Source: Desulfuromonadales bacterium (lineage in GTDB: Bacteria > Desulfobacterota > Desulfuromonadia > Desulfuromonadales > UBA2294). Taken from it: a stretch of DNA of 37,387 nucleotides. The position numbers and the translations under genes are program-made. Below the pieces are notes generated by a model. It was given only the letters and a program-made list of their open reading frames with translations, searched no databases and had not been told where the DNA came from. Below are positions 1 to 8,839 of the stretch, piece by piece; positions within the stretch are counted from its first letter, which is position 1, and each line of letters starts with the position of its first letter. The stretch spans positions 1 through 37,387 of the forward strand of contig JBFHOZ010000001.1 in the NCBI GenBank assembly GCA_041592975.1, in the 5' to 3' direction.

Positions 1-532
1 CACAATGATGAACCGTCGTATCGACGAGGCCGGGATCCGTGACCTGCTCGACCGGATCCGCCAGTGTATGCCGGACGTCACCCTGCGAACCTCCTTCATC
101 GTCGGTTTCCCCGGAGAAACCGACGCCGAGTACGCCAGGCTGCTGGCCTTTGTCAACGAAGGGCATTTCGAACGGGTCGGGGTCTTCCGCTATTCGCGCG
201 AGGAGGGGACGGCGGCGGCCAGGCTGGATGACCAGATTCCGGTCAGGGTCAAACGGGCGCGTTATCACAAGCTGATGAAGGCCCAGGGGCGGGTCTCCTT
301 CCGCAAGAACCGGGAGCGGGTCGGCCGCATCGAGCCGGTGCTGGTCGAGGGGTACAGCGAGGAGACCGAGCTTCTGCTGCGCGGCCGTTCGATCAGCCAG
401 GCGCCGGATGTCGACGGTCAGGTCTATATCACCGACGGCCGGGCCCAGATCGGCGACATCGTGATGCTGCGGATCACCGATTCGTCGGACTACGACCTGA
501 TCGGCGAAATCGTCGAAGGGGAGGCGGTCTGA
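1..532 (+). CDS. rimO: Ribosomal protein S12 methylthiotransferase RimO, C-terminal part (5' end lies outside the window)
   Basis: The frame is open from the window edge to TGA 530-532. It shows a radical-SAM C-terminal region plus a TRAM domain ([41 protein letters not shown]), typical of RimO. Confidence 0.85.
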   Translation, partial: TMMNRRIDEAGIRDLLDRIRQCMPDVTLRTSFIVGFPGETDAEYARLLAFVNEGHFERVGVFRYSREEGTAAARLDDQIPVRVKRARYHKLMKAQGRVSFRKNRERVGRIEPVLVEGYSEETELLLRGRSISQAPDVDGQVYITDGRAQIGDIVMLRITDSSDYDLIGEIVEGEAV

Positions 533-535
533 CAC

Positions 536-1531
536 GTGACCCGAGCGACTGCGACATTGCTGCTGCTCGCCGCATTGCTTCTTGCCATTACCCTTCTCCC
601 TCCCCGGGAACCGGAAGGGCCGCTCATCCGCACCCGGCTGCTGATGGGGACCGTCGTTGAAATCCGCATCGAGGACACCGAGTCTGCCCGCTACGACGCG
701 GCGGTCACGGCCGCCTTTGCCGAGATGGCGGCGATCGAGCGGCGGATGAGCCCGCACCTGCCGCAGAGCGAGATCAGCCGGATCGCGGCGGCGACCGGGA
801 CGGTCGGACTCTCCGCCGACACCGCCGAGGTGCTGCAGCTGGCGCATGATGTCGCCGAGGCCAGCAACGGCGCCTTCGATGCGACGCTCGGCCAGCTGAT
901 CCGCCTGTGGGGGTTCGCCGAAGGCGAGCCGCGTCTGCCGACGGAAGAGGAGATCGCCGCTGCCCTGGCCGGTGACGGTGCAAGCAGGTTGATGATTGCC
1001 GATGGCAGGGTGGCCAAGGTCGTCGCTCCCCTGGCGATCGATCTCGGCGGCATTGCCAAGGGGTACGCCATCGACCGGGCGGTCTCTGTCCTCGCCGCCG
1101 CCGGCGTCAGGCACGCTTCGGTCAACGCCGGCGGCGACATGCGCCTGCTCGGCGACCGTTCGGGACGCCCCTGGCGGGTCGGGATCCGGCATCCGCGCAA
1201 GAGCGGCGACATTCTCGCAACCCTGCAACTGGCCGGCAAGGCGGTCGTCACGTCCGGTGACTACGAGCGCGTCTTCGAGCTGGACGGCGTCCGCTATCAT
1301 CACATCCTCGATCCCCGGACCGGCTATCCGGCCAGGGGATGCCAGGCGGTCACTGTCGTTGCCGACCGGGCGGCCCTGGCGGACGCGGTCGCGACTGCCG
1401 TATTCGTTCTCGGGCCCGGGAAGGGGCTGGCGCTGCTGGAGTCGATGCCGGATCTCGAGGGGGTGATTGTCGCCGCCGATGGTAACGTGAGCGTAACGCC
1501 CGGCCTGAGGGGGGTGCTTGAATGGCCGTGA
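536..1531 (+). CDS. apbE: FAD:protein FMN transferase (ApbE/Ftp family), membrane-anchored or secreted
   Basis: GTG start lies 4 nt after the rimO stop. There is a hydrophobic N-terminus (LLLLAALLLAITLL) and ApbE motifs GGIAKGYAIDRA, TSGDYER and HHILDPRTG. Confidence 0.9.
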   Translation: MTRATATLLLLAALLLAITLLPPREPEGPLIRTRLLMGTVVEIRIEDTESARYDAAVTAAFAEMAAIERRMSPHLPQSEISRIAAATGTVGLSADTAEVLQLAHDVAEASNGAFDATLGQLIRLWGFAEGEPRLPTEEEIAAALAGDGASRLMIADGRVAKVVAPLAIDLGGIAKGYAIDRAVSVLAAAGVRHASVNAGGDMRLLGDRSGRPWRVGIRHPRKSGDILATLQLAGKAVVTSGDYERVFELDGVRYHHILDPRTGYPARGCQAVTVVADRAALADAVATAVFVLGPGKGLALLESMPDLEGVIVAADGNVSVTPGLRGVLEWP

Positions 1532-1920
1532 ACGGCTTCTGGCGGCGGCTGACGCGCCTCGACCGGATCATCGTCATGCTGCTATTCGCCCTCTGCATCC
1601 TCCTCTTCATTGCAGTCGGCATGCGCCCTCCGGGCAGGAGCGTTCGGGTCACGGCGGAGGGAGCCACACTCTTTACGGCGCCATTGGAACGGGACCGGAC
1701 CGCCGAGCTGACGGGCCCGCTCGGGACCACCCGGATGGAGATTCGCGACGGCAAGGTCCGGATCGTCTCCTCTCCCTGCCCCTACAAGGTCTGCATCGGG
1801 ATGGGGGATATCAGCCATGCGGGTGAAATCATCGCCTGCGTGCCGAATCGCCTGCTGGTGCAGATCCTCGGCGACGAGGCGGAAGGGAAGGGGCCGGGCT
1901 ATGACCTCCTCAGCCGTTGA
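1522..1920 (+). CDS. NusG domain II-containing (DUF1312-like) membrane protein
   Basis: ATG overlaps the apbE 3' end by 10 nt. It has an N-terminal TM helix and then a small beta-rich domain with CPYKVC...IACVPN, as in NusG_II proteins that accompany ApbE and Gx transporters. Confidence 0.75.
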   Translation: MAVNGFWRRLTRLDRIIVMLLFALCILLFIAVGMRPPGRSVRVTAEGATLFTAPLERDRTAELTGPLGTTRMEIRDGKVRIVSSPCPYKVCIGMGDISHAGEIIACVPNRLLVQILGDEAEGKGPGYDLLSR

Positions 1921-2461
1921 TCCGCTTCGCCTGGAGGCGGAGCGACGCCGGATCTTCCTGGCGCTCTTTTCCGCGCTCGCCATTGCCCTGCACACCCTGG
2001 AGTTTCTCCTCCCGTCGCCGACGCCGTGGTTCCGTCTCGGCATCGCCAACATCCTTGCGGTGGTGGCGCTGTTTCTTTTCGGCGGCCGGGCGGCGTGGAG
2101 CGTCAACATGACCCGGATCGTCGTCGCCTCGCTGTTCCTCGGCACCTTCCTCTCTCCCCGGTTCTTCCTCTCGTTGAGCGGCGGTATCCTGGCGACGGCG
2201 GCGATGACCGCGAGCCGCCGGCTGGCGGGGGAGGGGATCGGCCCGGTCGGGGTCTCGGTGCTCGGCGCGGCCGGACACGTCATCGGCCAGATGCTCTGTG
2301 CCTGGCTCCTCCTGGTCCGGCATGACGGGATCTGGCTGCTGCTCCCTCTCTTCATGCTGCTGGGGGTGGCTGCCGGCCTGGTCAACGGCCTGGCCGCCGG
2401 TTTCCTGCTCGATGTTCTGCGCAAGTCGCCCCCTTTCGCCGTTGGCGGAAACGATGAATAA
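1901..2461 (+). CDS. Gx transporter family protein (heptaprenyl diphosphate synthase component I-like, PF07456-type)
   Basis: The internal ATG at 1901 overlaps the upstream gene by 20 nt, and the longer 1817 start is Arg/Cys-rich and looks non-coding. The protein is a multipass membrane protein (FLALFSALAIALHTLE, GIANILAVVALFLFG). Confidence 0.75.
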   Translation: MTSSAVDPLRLEAERRRIFLALFSALAIALHTLEFLLPSPTPWFRLGIANILAVVALFLFGGRAAWSVNMTRIVVASLFLGTFLSPRFFLSLSGGILATAAMTASRRLAGEGIGPVGVSVLGAAGHVIGQMLCAWLLLVRHDGIWLLLPLFMLLGVAAGLVNGLAAGFLLDVLRKSPPFAVGGNDE

Positions 2462-2482
2462 CCTCACCTGTCGATCAATTTT

Positions 2483-2491
2483 TGCTATAAT
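2483..2491 (+). promoter_or_regulatory. Extended -10 promoter element (TGcTATAAT) upstream of the lipoprotein gene
   Basis: tttTGCTATAATctggagccgATG has a perfect TATAAT with an upstream TG. No good -35 is present. It would give a very short leader. Confidence 0.4.
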
Positions 2492-2500
2492 CTGGAGCCG

Positions 2501-2962
2501 ATGAATAACCGTTTCCTGAAATATTTGGCCGGCGGGATGTTCCTGCTGCTATCGGCCTGCGCTCCGCCGCCGGCCGAGGTCCCGGAATTGCCCGCGGAGA
2601 AGCTGCAGACCCTGCCGGGCGCGCTTGTCAGCGATGACGGCCTGGTTATCAGCTACCCGGGAAATGTCCTGTTTGCCAACGGTTCGGTGCTGCCGCTGCC
2701 GGGCGGGATGACGCTGCTCGATCCCCTGGTCGCGCTGCTGATCGAACAGCGCGACTACCGCGCAGAGGTGACCGTCCGGTCTTCCGGGCATGGAGTGGAG
2801 TACGACCGGCAGCTGGCGGAGAAGAGGGCAGAATTGCTCGAGAGGATATGCAGGAACCGGGGGCTGGAGGAAAGCCGGGTGCAATTTACGGCGGCAGCCG
2901 GAGGCGGCCCCCCCCTGGAAATCACCCTTCAGCCGTCCAGTTCCGGCGGCTCGAATCGGTAG
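2501..2962 (+). CDS. Lipoprotein with degenerate OmpA-like C-terminal domain
   Basis: Lipobox LLLSAC. The C-terminal part resembles the OmpA_C fold (VLFANGS..L, YDRQLAEKRAELLERIC..GL). GGAG lies 4 nt before the ATG. Confidence 0.7.
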   Translation: MNNRFLKYLAGGMFLLLSACAPPPAEVPELPAEKLQTLPGALVSDDGLVISYPGNVLFANGSVLPLPGGMTLLDPLVALLIEQRDYRAEVTVRSSGHGVEYDRQLAEKRAELLERICRNRGLEESRVQFTAAAGGGPPLEITLQPSSSGGSNR

Positions 2963-3786
2963 ACGCGCCGGCAGTATTCGCAGGTGACGTCGACGGTCTC
3001 TTCCCCTTCGGTCATTCCGGCGAGCTCCTTCCGGCCGAGATTTCGCAGCATCCGGGCAACCTGTTCCCGGCTGCAGTTGCAGCGGAAGGAAAGGGGAATC
3101 GATTCGGCCTTGTTCATGTCGCCGTCGACGAAGAGCTTGCCGAGGATGTCGCGAATCGGCACCTGCTCCCGAAGCATCTCCGACAGTGGCGGGAGCTTGA
3201 GAATGCGGTTTTCGATCTCTCCGATCGCCTCATCGGGACACCCCGGCAGAGCCTGGACGATGAATCCGCCGGCGGCTTGGACGCCGGCATCGGGTCCGAG
3301 GGAAACTCCGAGGGAGACCGAGGACGGGACCTGCTCCGAAACGGTCAGGTAGTAGGCGATATCGTCGCCGATCTCGCTGGTCTGCAGCTGGACCATGCCC
3401 CGGTAAGGCTCCTTGAGGCCGAGGTCCTTGATGACATGCAGGAAGCCGGCCCTGCCGACGGCGCCGGCGACGTCGAACCGGTCGTTGCGCGGCGGCAAAT
3501 CTGCCAGCGGGTTCTTGACCGAGCAGCGGACATGCCCGTCGGCATCGGTTTCGGCATGAAGCTTCTGCAGGGGGCCGTTTGCCTCGATCGCCAGGACGAG
3601 GCGCTGTCGCCCCTTGAGCAGGCCGCCGAGCAGGGCCGTGCCGGTTGCCACCCGGGCGAGGGCAACGGTTGCCGTCGGATCGGTCCCCTGCATGACCCGG
3701 GCGGTTTCACACAGTTCGGTCGTCACCGCGACGATGGCCCGGAAATGACCTGATCTGGTAACAAAGCGGATAAGTTGGTCGCCCAT
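2929..3786 (-). CDS. hslO: Redox-regulated chaperone Hsp33
   Basis: Full-length Hsp33 pattern with the C-terminal zinc centre CNCS...CEYC (FRCNCSREQV ... VTCEYCRRVY). SD GAGGAG precedes the ATG. Confidence 0.92.
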   Translation of the reverse strand: MGDQLIRFVTRSGHFRAIVAVTTELCETARVMQGTDPTATVALARVATGTALLGGLLKGRQRLVLAIEANGPLQKLHAETDADGHVRCSVKNPLADLPPRNDRFDVAGAVGRAGFLHVIKDLGLKEPYRGMVQLQTSEIGDDIAYYLTVSEQVPSSVSLGVSLGPDAGVQAAGGFIVQALPGCPDEAIGEIENRILKLPPLSEMLREQVPIRDILGKLFVDGDMNKAESIPLSFRCNCSREQVARMLRNLGRKELAGMTEGEETVDVTCEYCRRVYRFEPPELDG

Positions 3787-3812
3787 GGCAGCTCCTCGTT
3801 GGAAATGGGCGT

Positions 3813-3841
3813 ATTATTGGCGACAGCGGGCCGGCTGTCAA
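3813..3841 (-). promoter_or_regulatory. Sigma-70 type promoter of hslO (TTGACA-17-AATAAT)
   Basis: The minus strand reads cTTGACAgccggcccgctgtcgccAATAATacg. The -35 is perfect, the spacer is 17 nt and the -10 matches 5/6, about 25 nt upstream of the hslO ATG. Confidence 0.55.
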
Positions 3842-3860
3842 GACCGGGAACACCTCACAG

Positions 3861-5459
3861 ATGACCGTTGATGCGATCCTGCCATACCTGTTGCCGCCGC
3901 TGCTCGGTGCCGTCATCGGCTACGTGACCAACTATGTCGCCATCCGCATGCTTTTCAGGCCGCTGCGGCCCTGGACCCTGTTCAGTTTCCGCATCCCGAT
4001 GACCCCCGGGATCATTCCCGCCAAGCGGGGAGAGTTGGCGGCACGGATGGGAGAGATGGTCGGCAGCCACCTGTTGACCCCCGCGGACGTCGTCAGGGCT
4101 CTCGAACAGGTTGCCTTCCGGCGCGAGCTCAAGCTGGCGGTCGAGGAGAAGCTCGGAAATTTTCTCGATCGCGACCTCGGAACGACGGTTTCGCTGGTGC
4201 CGCGATCCTTTCAGCCCCGCTTTGCCGAGATCGCCGAAGCCGCCGGCGAAAAGCTGGCTGCGATTATCATCAGCTACCTGCACACCCCGGAGTTCGCCGT
4301 CCGACTGCACGGCTTCTTGCGCGGCCAGGTCGACGCCCTCCTCGCCGCCGACCTCGAACGCTGCCTGAGTCCGCAACAGTACGATGCCGTCCGCAGCCAC
4401 GCCGATACGCTGCTCAACGGCTATCTCGGCTCCGCCAATCTGGCCGGCGCGGTCGGGCGTTTCGTCGACGAGAAAACGGCGCGGTGGCTGCGCAGCGAAA
4501 GGCCCCTGCGCGAGCTGCTGCCGGAGGACCTGGTGGCGATCCTGCTCGACCAGCTGGAGAAGGAGGTTCCGCCGCTGCTTGAAAAGTTCGGGGGGATGCT
4601 CTACGATCCCGATTTCCGCCAGCGGTTGATCGTGAAGATCCGCCAGGGGATCGAGACGTTTCTCGACTCGCTCGGCGGGCTGGCCGGGCTGCTGAGCGGT
4701 TTTATCAACCTCGACAAGGTCTATGCCCGGATTCCGGATACCCTCGACCAGGTCAGCGAGGAGGTCGCCCGCTGGCTGAAGGAGGAGAAGACCCGGGCAC
4801 AGATTGCCGGGCTGATCCGCGAGCGGGTGGAGGGGTTTCTGGAAAGGCCTCTGGCCGATTACGTCGAGAAGCTCCCCTTCGAGAAGGTCGACGGGGTGCG
4901 GCAGTTCCTCCGGGACCGGGCGGTCGCCCTGCTGCAAAGCCGCAAAACGGCAGAAACCCTTCTCGGCCTGGCAGAGCGCGGCGTCCAGTCGATCAGAAAC
5001 CGCTCCTTCGGTTCGCTGCTCGACGCCGTCCTGCCGGAGAAAGGGCGCGAACGCTCTGTCGCCGCGCTCGAGGAGCGGATTCTGAGCCTGGCCCGGAGCG
5101 AGGAGGTGGCCTCCGGAATCCGCGAAGTCGTCGCTCGACAGGTGCACCACCTGCTGAATGAACGGCCGCTCGGCCGGCTGTCGGCAAGGCTCCCCGCCGA
5201 TGTCAACGAGGAGCTGGAGGAGCTGCTTTTCCAGCAGCTGGTCGAAGTGCTGAAGAAGGAAGTCCCGATGCTGGTCGATGCCCTCAATGTCCGGCAGATG
5301 GTCGAGGCGAAAGTCAACAGCCTCGATCTGCTCGAGGTCGAGGGGCTGCTCCTCGGGGTGATGCAGGAGCAGTTCCGCTACATCAACCTTTTCGGGGCGC
5401 TGCTCGGCTTTCTCATCGGCCTGATCAACCTGCTGGTGCTGCAGCTCCGGCCGTTTTGA
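3861..5459 (+). CDS. DUF445 family membrane protein
   Basis: The N-terminal [15 protein letters not shown] motif and C-terminal [30 protein letters not shown] motif are characteristic of DUF445/YheB-like proteins. Confidence 0.8.
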   Translation: MTVDAILPYLLPPLLGAVIGYVTNYVAIRMLFRPLRPWTLFSFRIPMTPGIIPAKRGELAARMGEMVGSHLLTPADVVRALEQVAFRRELKLAVEEKLGNFLDRDLGTTVSLVPRSFQPRFAEIAEAAGEKLAAIIISYLHTPEFAVRLHGFLRGQVDALLAADLERCLSPQQYDAVRSHADTLLNGYLGSANLAGAVGRFVDEKTARWLRSERPLRELLPEDLVAILLDQLEKEVPPLLEKFGGMLYDPDFRQRLIVKIRQGIETFLDSLGGLAGLLSGFINLDKVYARIPDTLDQVSEEVARWLKEEKTRAQIAGLIRERVEGFLERPLADYVEKLPFEKVDGVRQFLRDRAVALLQSRKTAETLLGLAERGVQSIRNRSFGSLLDAVLPEKGRERSVAALEERILSLARSEEVASGIREVVARQVHHLLNERPLGRLSARLPADVNEELEELLFQQLVEVLKKEVPMLVDALNVRQMVEAKVNSLDLLEVEGLLLGVMQEQFRYINLFGALLGFLIGLINLLVLQLRPF

Positions 5460-5535
5460 CCGCCCGGGACTGTACAGATCGCCCGGATTCACGTATCATC
5501 GTCAAACCCGCAACACGACCACCGGAGAATTGCAC

Positions 5536-6615
5536 ATGTCGAGTACATTCGGAACCCTGTTCAGGGTCACTACCTTTGGCGAATCACACTGCAAGGCGGT
5601 CGGTGCGATCGTCGACGGCTGCCCGCCCGGCCTGCGGCTGAGCGAGGCCGACATCCAGCCGCAGCTCGATCGCCGGCGGCCGGGACAGAGCCACCTGACC
5701 ACGCCGCGCGACGAAGCGGACCAGGTGCAGATCCTCTCCGGCACCGAGGGGGGAGTGACCCTCGGCACGCCGATCGGACTCAAGGTCGACAACAAGGACC
5801 AGCGGCCGGGCGACTACGGCAGCATGCGGCAGATTCCGCGGCCGTCGCACGCCGATTATACCTACCTGATGAAATACGGCATTCACGCCACCAGCGGTGG
5901 CGGACGCTCCAGCGCCCGGGAAACCATCGGCCGGGTGGCGGCCGGGGCCATTGCCGAAAAGATCCTGCGGGAACACTACGGGGTCGAGATCGTCGCCTGG
6001 GTCTCCGCGATCGGCGCGATCGACGCGCCGGAAATCGACGCCGGGGCAATCGACCGGCAGATGGTCGACAGCACCGTCGTCCGCTGCCCGGACGCCGCCG
6101 CGGCCGGGGAGATGGAAAAGGCGATTGTCGACGCCAAGGCCGACGAGGACTCCCTCGGCGGCATCATCAGCTGCGTCTGCCGCAACGTGCCGGTCGGTCT
6201 CGGCGAGCCGGTGTTCGAAAAGCTCGAGGCGCGGCTCGCCCAGGCGATGCTGTCGCTGCCGGCGACCAAGGGGTTCGAGATCGGCTCCGGTTTCGCCGGC
6301 ACCCGCCTGCGCGGCTCGCGGCACAACGACATGTTCGTCAAAAGGGGGGATCGTCTCGGCACCGCGACCAACAACAGCGGCGGTGTCCAGGGAGGGATCG
6401 CCAACGGCGAGCCGGTCCTCTTCCGGGTCGCCTTCAAGCCGACGGCGACCATCGGTCTCGCGCAGAAGACCGTCGACATCGACGGCAACGAGACCGTTCT
6501 CGAGGCCGAGGGGCGGCACGACCCCTGCGTGCTCCCCCGCGCAGTGCCGATCGTCGAGGCGATGGCTGCCCTGGTGCTGGCCGATCTGGCGCTGGTTCAG
6601 AAAACCAGAAGTTGA
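5536..6615 (+). CDS. aroC: Chorismate synthase
   Basis: [31 protein letters not shown] and GGISNG-like GGIANGEP motifs are present. The ATG at 5536 has GGAG 8 nt upstream. The track ORF begins at a TTG two codons earlier. Confidence 0.95.
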   Translation: MSSTFGTLFRVTTFGESHCKAVGAIVDGCPPGLRLSEADIQPQLDRRRPGQSHLTTPRDEADQVQILSGTEGGVTLGTPIGLKVDNKDQRPGDYGSMRQIPRPSHADYTYLMKYGIHATSGGGRSSARETIGRVAAGAIAEKILREHYGVEIVAWVSAIGAIDAPEIDAGAIDRQMVDSTVVRCPDAAAAGEMEKAIVDAKADEDSLGGIISCVCRNVPVGLGEPVFEKLEARLAQAMLSLPATKGFEIGSGFAGTRLRGSRHNDMFVKRGDRLGTATNNSGGVQGGIANGEPVLFRVAFKPTATIGLAQKTVDIDGNETVLEAEGRHDPCVLPRAVPIVEAMAALVLADLALVQKTRS

Positions 6616-6632
6616 TCGAGGGCGGGGTAAGG

Positions 6633-6923
6633 CTAACGGCTGGAGACAGCCGGGTCGCGAATGAGGGCCTTGGCGATTTCGGCGATCTGCCCGGCGGAGA
6701 GGTGCTTGAGGCCGGCCATTGAGCCAAGGGTGTTGATGGCCGAAGCGATCCGTGCCGGCCGGCGGTCGGGAATGCGGGTCGTCTCCAGCTTGCCGTGACA
6801 CCGGGCGCAGTTCTGCCGGTAAAGGGCCGCCCCGTCCGGTTCACTGTCCAGTTCCGGAACGTCCGCCAAGCCGGGGCTCACGACAACAAAAAGCACTGTT
6901 ATGGCAACGAGTAGCGTCTTCAT
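6633..6923 (-). CDS. Secreted monoheme c-type cytochrome
   Basis: Signal peptide MKTLLVAITVLFVVVSPGLA and a single CXXCH (CARCH). The gene is convergent with aroC. Confidence 0.75.
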   Translation of the reverse strand: MKTLLVAITVLFVVVSPGLADVPELDSEPDGAALYRQNCARCHGKLETTRIPDRRPARIASAINTLGSMAGLKHLSAGQIAEIAKALIRDPAVSSR

Positions 6924-7022
6924 GCCGGTTGAAGACTAGCAAACGGCAGGCCAATTTTCTTCACCGAAAAAAATCCAAAAATCCACTGCGTCGCCTGAAA
7001 TCCCCTGAATTTCGGACACAAA

Positions 7023-7715
7023 TTGTCAACGTTTGTTTCAAACCCGACAACGAAAAAAATCCTGGCCGTCATATGGCTGATGTTGTTTTTCGGCTGCGGT
7101 TTCTACTGGTGGCGGTCCGGCATCCCCCTGCAAAATATCCCCTATTACCTCGAATCGTGGCTTGAGCAGTTCGGAATTTTCAAGGCATCGTTGATTTATG
7201 TCCTGTTTTATACGGTCCGGCCGTTGATCCTGTTTCCGGCTTCGCTGCTGACCATTGCCTCCGGCTTGGTGTTCGGGCCTGCTCTCGGTATTCTTTTCAC
7301 CATCGTCGGCGAGAACGCCAGCGCCAATTTCGCCTTTCTGCTCGCCCGCTGGTTCGGCCGCGACCTCGTTGCCGCGCGCGAAGAAGAGGGCTCGCTGGCG
7401 GCCAGGTGGGATGAACGGCTGCGCCAAAACGGCCTGGTGACGGTCCTGGTCATGCGGCTGATCTATCTCCCCTTCGACCTGGTCAACTTCGCCTGTGGCC
7501 TGACGTCGATGCGCCAGGCCGATTTCGCCATCGGAACCTTCATCGGCATCCTGCCGGCGCTGATCTCCTTCGTCCTCTTCGGCGGAGTGGCCGCCGCCAG
7601 CAACGAGTACCGGATGCTGACGCTGGGCCTGGCGGTTCTCTTTTTCCTGCTCGGCCTGCTGATTGCCCGGCGGTTCCGGCGGCGCGAAGCAGCCGCGAGA
7701 GGCGGCGGAGAGTGA
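7023..7715 (+). CDS. TVP38/TMEM64 (DedA-related) family membrane protein
   Basis: The multipass pattern includes GLVFGPALGILFTIVGENASANFAFLLARWFGR, typical of the SNARE-associated/TVP38 family. The start is uncertain: TTG 7023 keeps TM1 intact, and ATG 7080 is the alternative. Confidence 0.75.
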   Translation: MSTFVSNPTTKKILAVIWLMLFFGCGFYWWRSGIPLQNIPYYLESWLEQFGIFKASLIYVLFYTVRPLILFPASLLTIASGLVFGPALGILFTIVGENASANFAFLLARWFGRDLVAAREEEGSLAARWDERLRQNGLVTVLVMRLIYLPFDLVNFACGLTSMRQADFAIGTFIGILPALISFVLFGGVAAASNEYRMLTLGLAVLFFLLGLLIARRFRRREAAARGGGE

Positions 7716-7755
7716 ACTACGAATTCCCTTCCGGCAAGACATTCGGGGATGAAGG

Positions 7756-7784
7756 TTGACCGGCGGCCGGGTTCGGTTTAAAGT
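7756..7784 (+). promoter_or_regulatory. Candidate sigma-70 promoter (TTGACC-17-TAAAGT) of the DsbA-like gene
   Basis: TTGACC lies at 7756-7761, followed by a 17-nt spacer and TAAAGT at 7779-7784. It is followed immediately by the 14-bp palindrome GTTGGACATCCAAC (7786-7799). Confidence 0.4.
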
Positions 7785-7812
7785 TGTTGGACATCCAACC
7801 GGGAGATTCCAG

Positions 7813-8655
7813 ATGGTTCGTATGCTGCCGATATTCCTGCTGATCCTCTCCTTTTCCGCTGCCGCTCTCGCCGAGGTCGAATGGCAGGTCGTGCAGAGCC
7901 TCCAGCTCCCGTCATCGCCGGTCGATGTGACGACCAGCGGCGACGGCCAGAGAGTCTTCGTGCTGCTCGAGAATGGGGAGGTCCGGGTCTACGATGCCGG
8001 CGGGACCCTGCAGGAGTCCGTCAGGCTCGGGCTCGGCGCCGACCGGATCGCCGTGACGCCCGACGGCGAACGGCTGCTGCTGAGCGACGCCAAGGGGCGC
8101 CAGGTGAGGATGGTGGCGCTCGACTTCATCAAGCCGATCGATATCTCCGGCTCCCCCTTCAAGGGGCCGGATGACGCAAAGGTGGTGGTCGCTGTCTACA
8201 GCGACTTCCAGTGACCGTACTGCGCGCGGCTGGTGCCGCTACTCGAGCAGGTGCTCGAGCAGTATCCGAAGGATGTCAAGCTGGTCTTCAAGCAGTTCCC
8301 CCTGGGCAACCACAAGTTCGCCGGGCCGGCCGCCCTGGCGAGCATGGCGGCCAACGATCAGGGGAAGTTCTGGGAATTTCATGACCTGCTGTTCGCCAAC
8401 TACAGCAGCCTGAGCGACGCGAAAATCAGGGAACTCGCCACCGAAGCCGGTCTGGATATGGTCCGCTACGATCAGGATATGAAGGAGAAGGGGAGTGACT
8501 ACCTGAGCCTCGTGCGCCGCGATTTCCACGAAGGGCAGCAAATCGGCGTGCGTGGTACGCCGTCGATCTTCGTCAACGGCAAGCTCCTCCGGCAGAGGAG
8601 CCTGCCCGGGTTCAGGGCGATGATCGAACAGGAGATTGCAAAGAAAGGGAAGTGA
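7813..8655 (+). CDS. Secreted DsbA/BdbD-like thiol:disulfide oxidoreductase, probable selenoprotein (UGA 8212-8214 read as Sec in a U-P-Y-C redox motif)
   Basis: Track ORFs 7756..8214 and 8233..8655 are in the same frame, with only the single TGA between them. The ATG at 7813 is preceded by GGGAGA and encodes a signal peptide (MVRMLPIFLLILSFSAAALA). Reading through gives VVVAVYSDFQ-[TGA]-PYCARLVPLLEQVL...KFWEFHDLLF...GVRGTPSIFVNGK, a thioredoxin-fold DsbA family with the TGA at the first Cys position of CPxC. Confidence 0.75.
8226..8263 (+). promoter_or_regulatory. Candidate bacterial SECIS hairpin(s) downstream of UGA 8212-8214
   Basis: Hairpin A is GCGGC-UGGU-GCCGC (8226-8239) and starts 11 nt after the UGA. 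Hairpin B (8238-8263) is GCUA-CUCGAG-CAGGUG-CUCGAG-CAGU, with 6 Watson-Crick bp, 3 more pairs after one mismatch, and a G/U-containing apical loop about 34 nt from the UGA. Confidence 0.45.
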
Positions 8656-8742
8656 CCGGCCACCCGTCAGGGCATGAAGGTGCAAAGCATTGGTTGAAAA
8701 CGAAAACAAGAAGAGCACGAAGTCGTGCTTGATTGGAAAGCG

Positions 8743-8769
8743 AAAGCCCCCGAAGAACTCGGGGGCTTT
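8743..8769 (+). terminator. Rho-independent terminator, likely bidirectional, between the DsbA-like gene and the convergent VWA gene
   Basis: aaagcccccga-agaac-tcgggggcttt is followed by ttatt. The stem is flanked by A-rich sequence upstream and T-rich sequence downstream. Confidence 0.7.
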
Positions 8770-8839
8770 TTATTGATCACTGCCTTGGTTTGTGCTTGAT
8801 TTTCCTCATGCCCTGGTGCCGGGGCCATTGACCTGCAGG

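Noticed and set aside
3855-5492. 545-aa ORF on the minus strand spanning the whole DUF445 gene
   Set aside because: It is an antisense shadow ORF typical of high-GC DNA. The product is Arg/Gln/Pro/Gly-rich with no motifs, while the plus-strand frame has clear DUF445 signatures.
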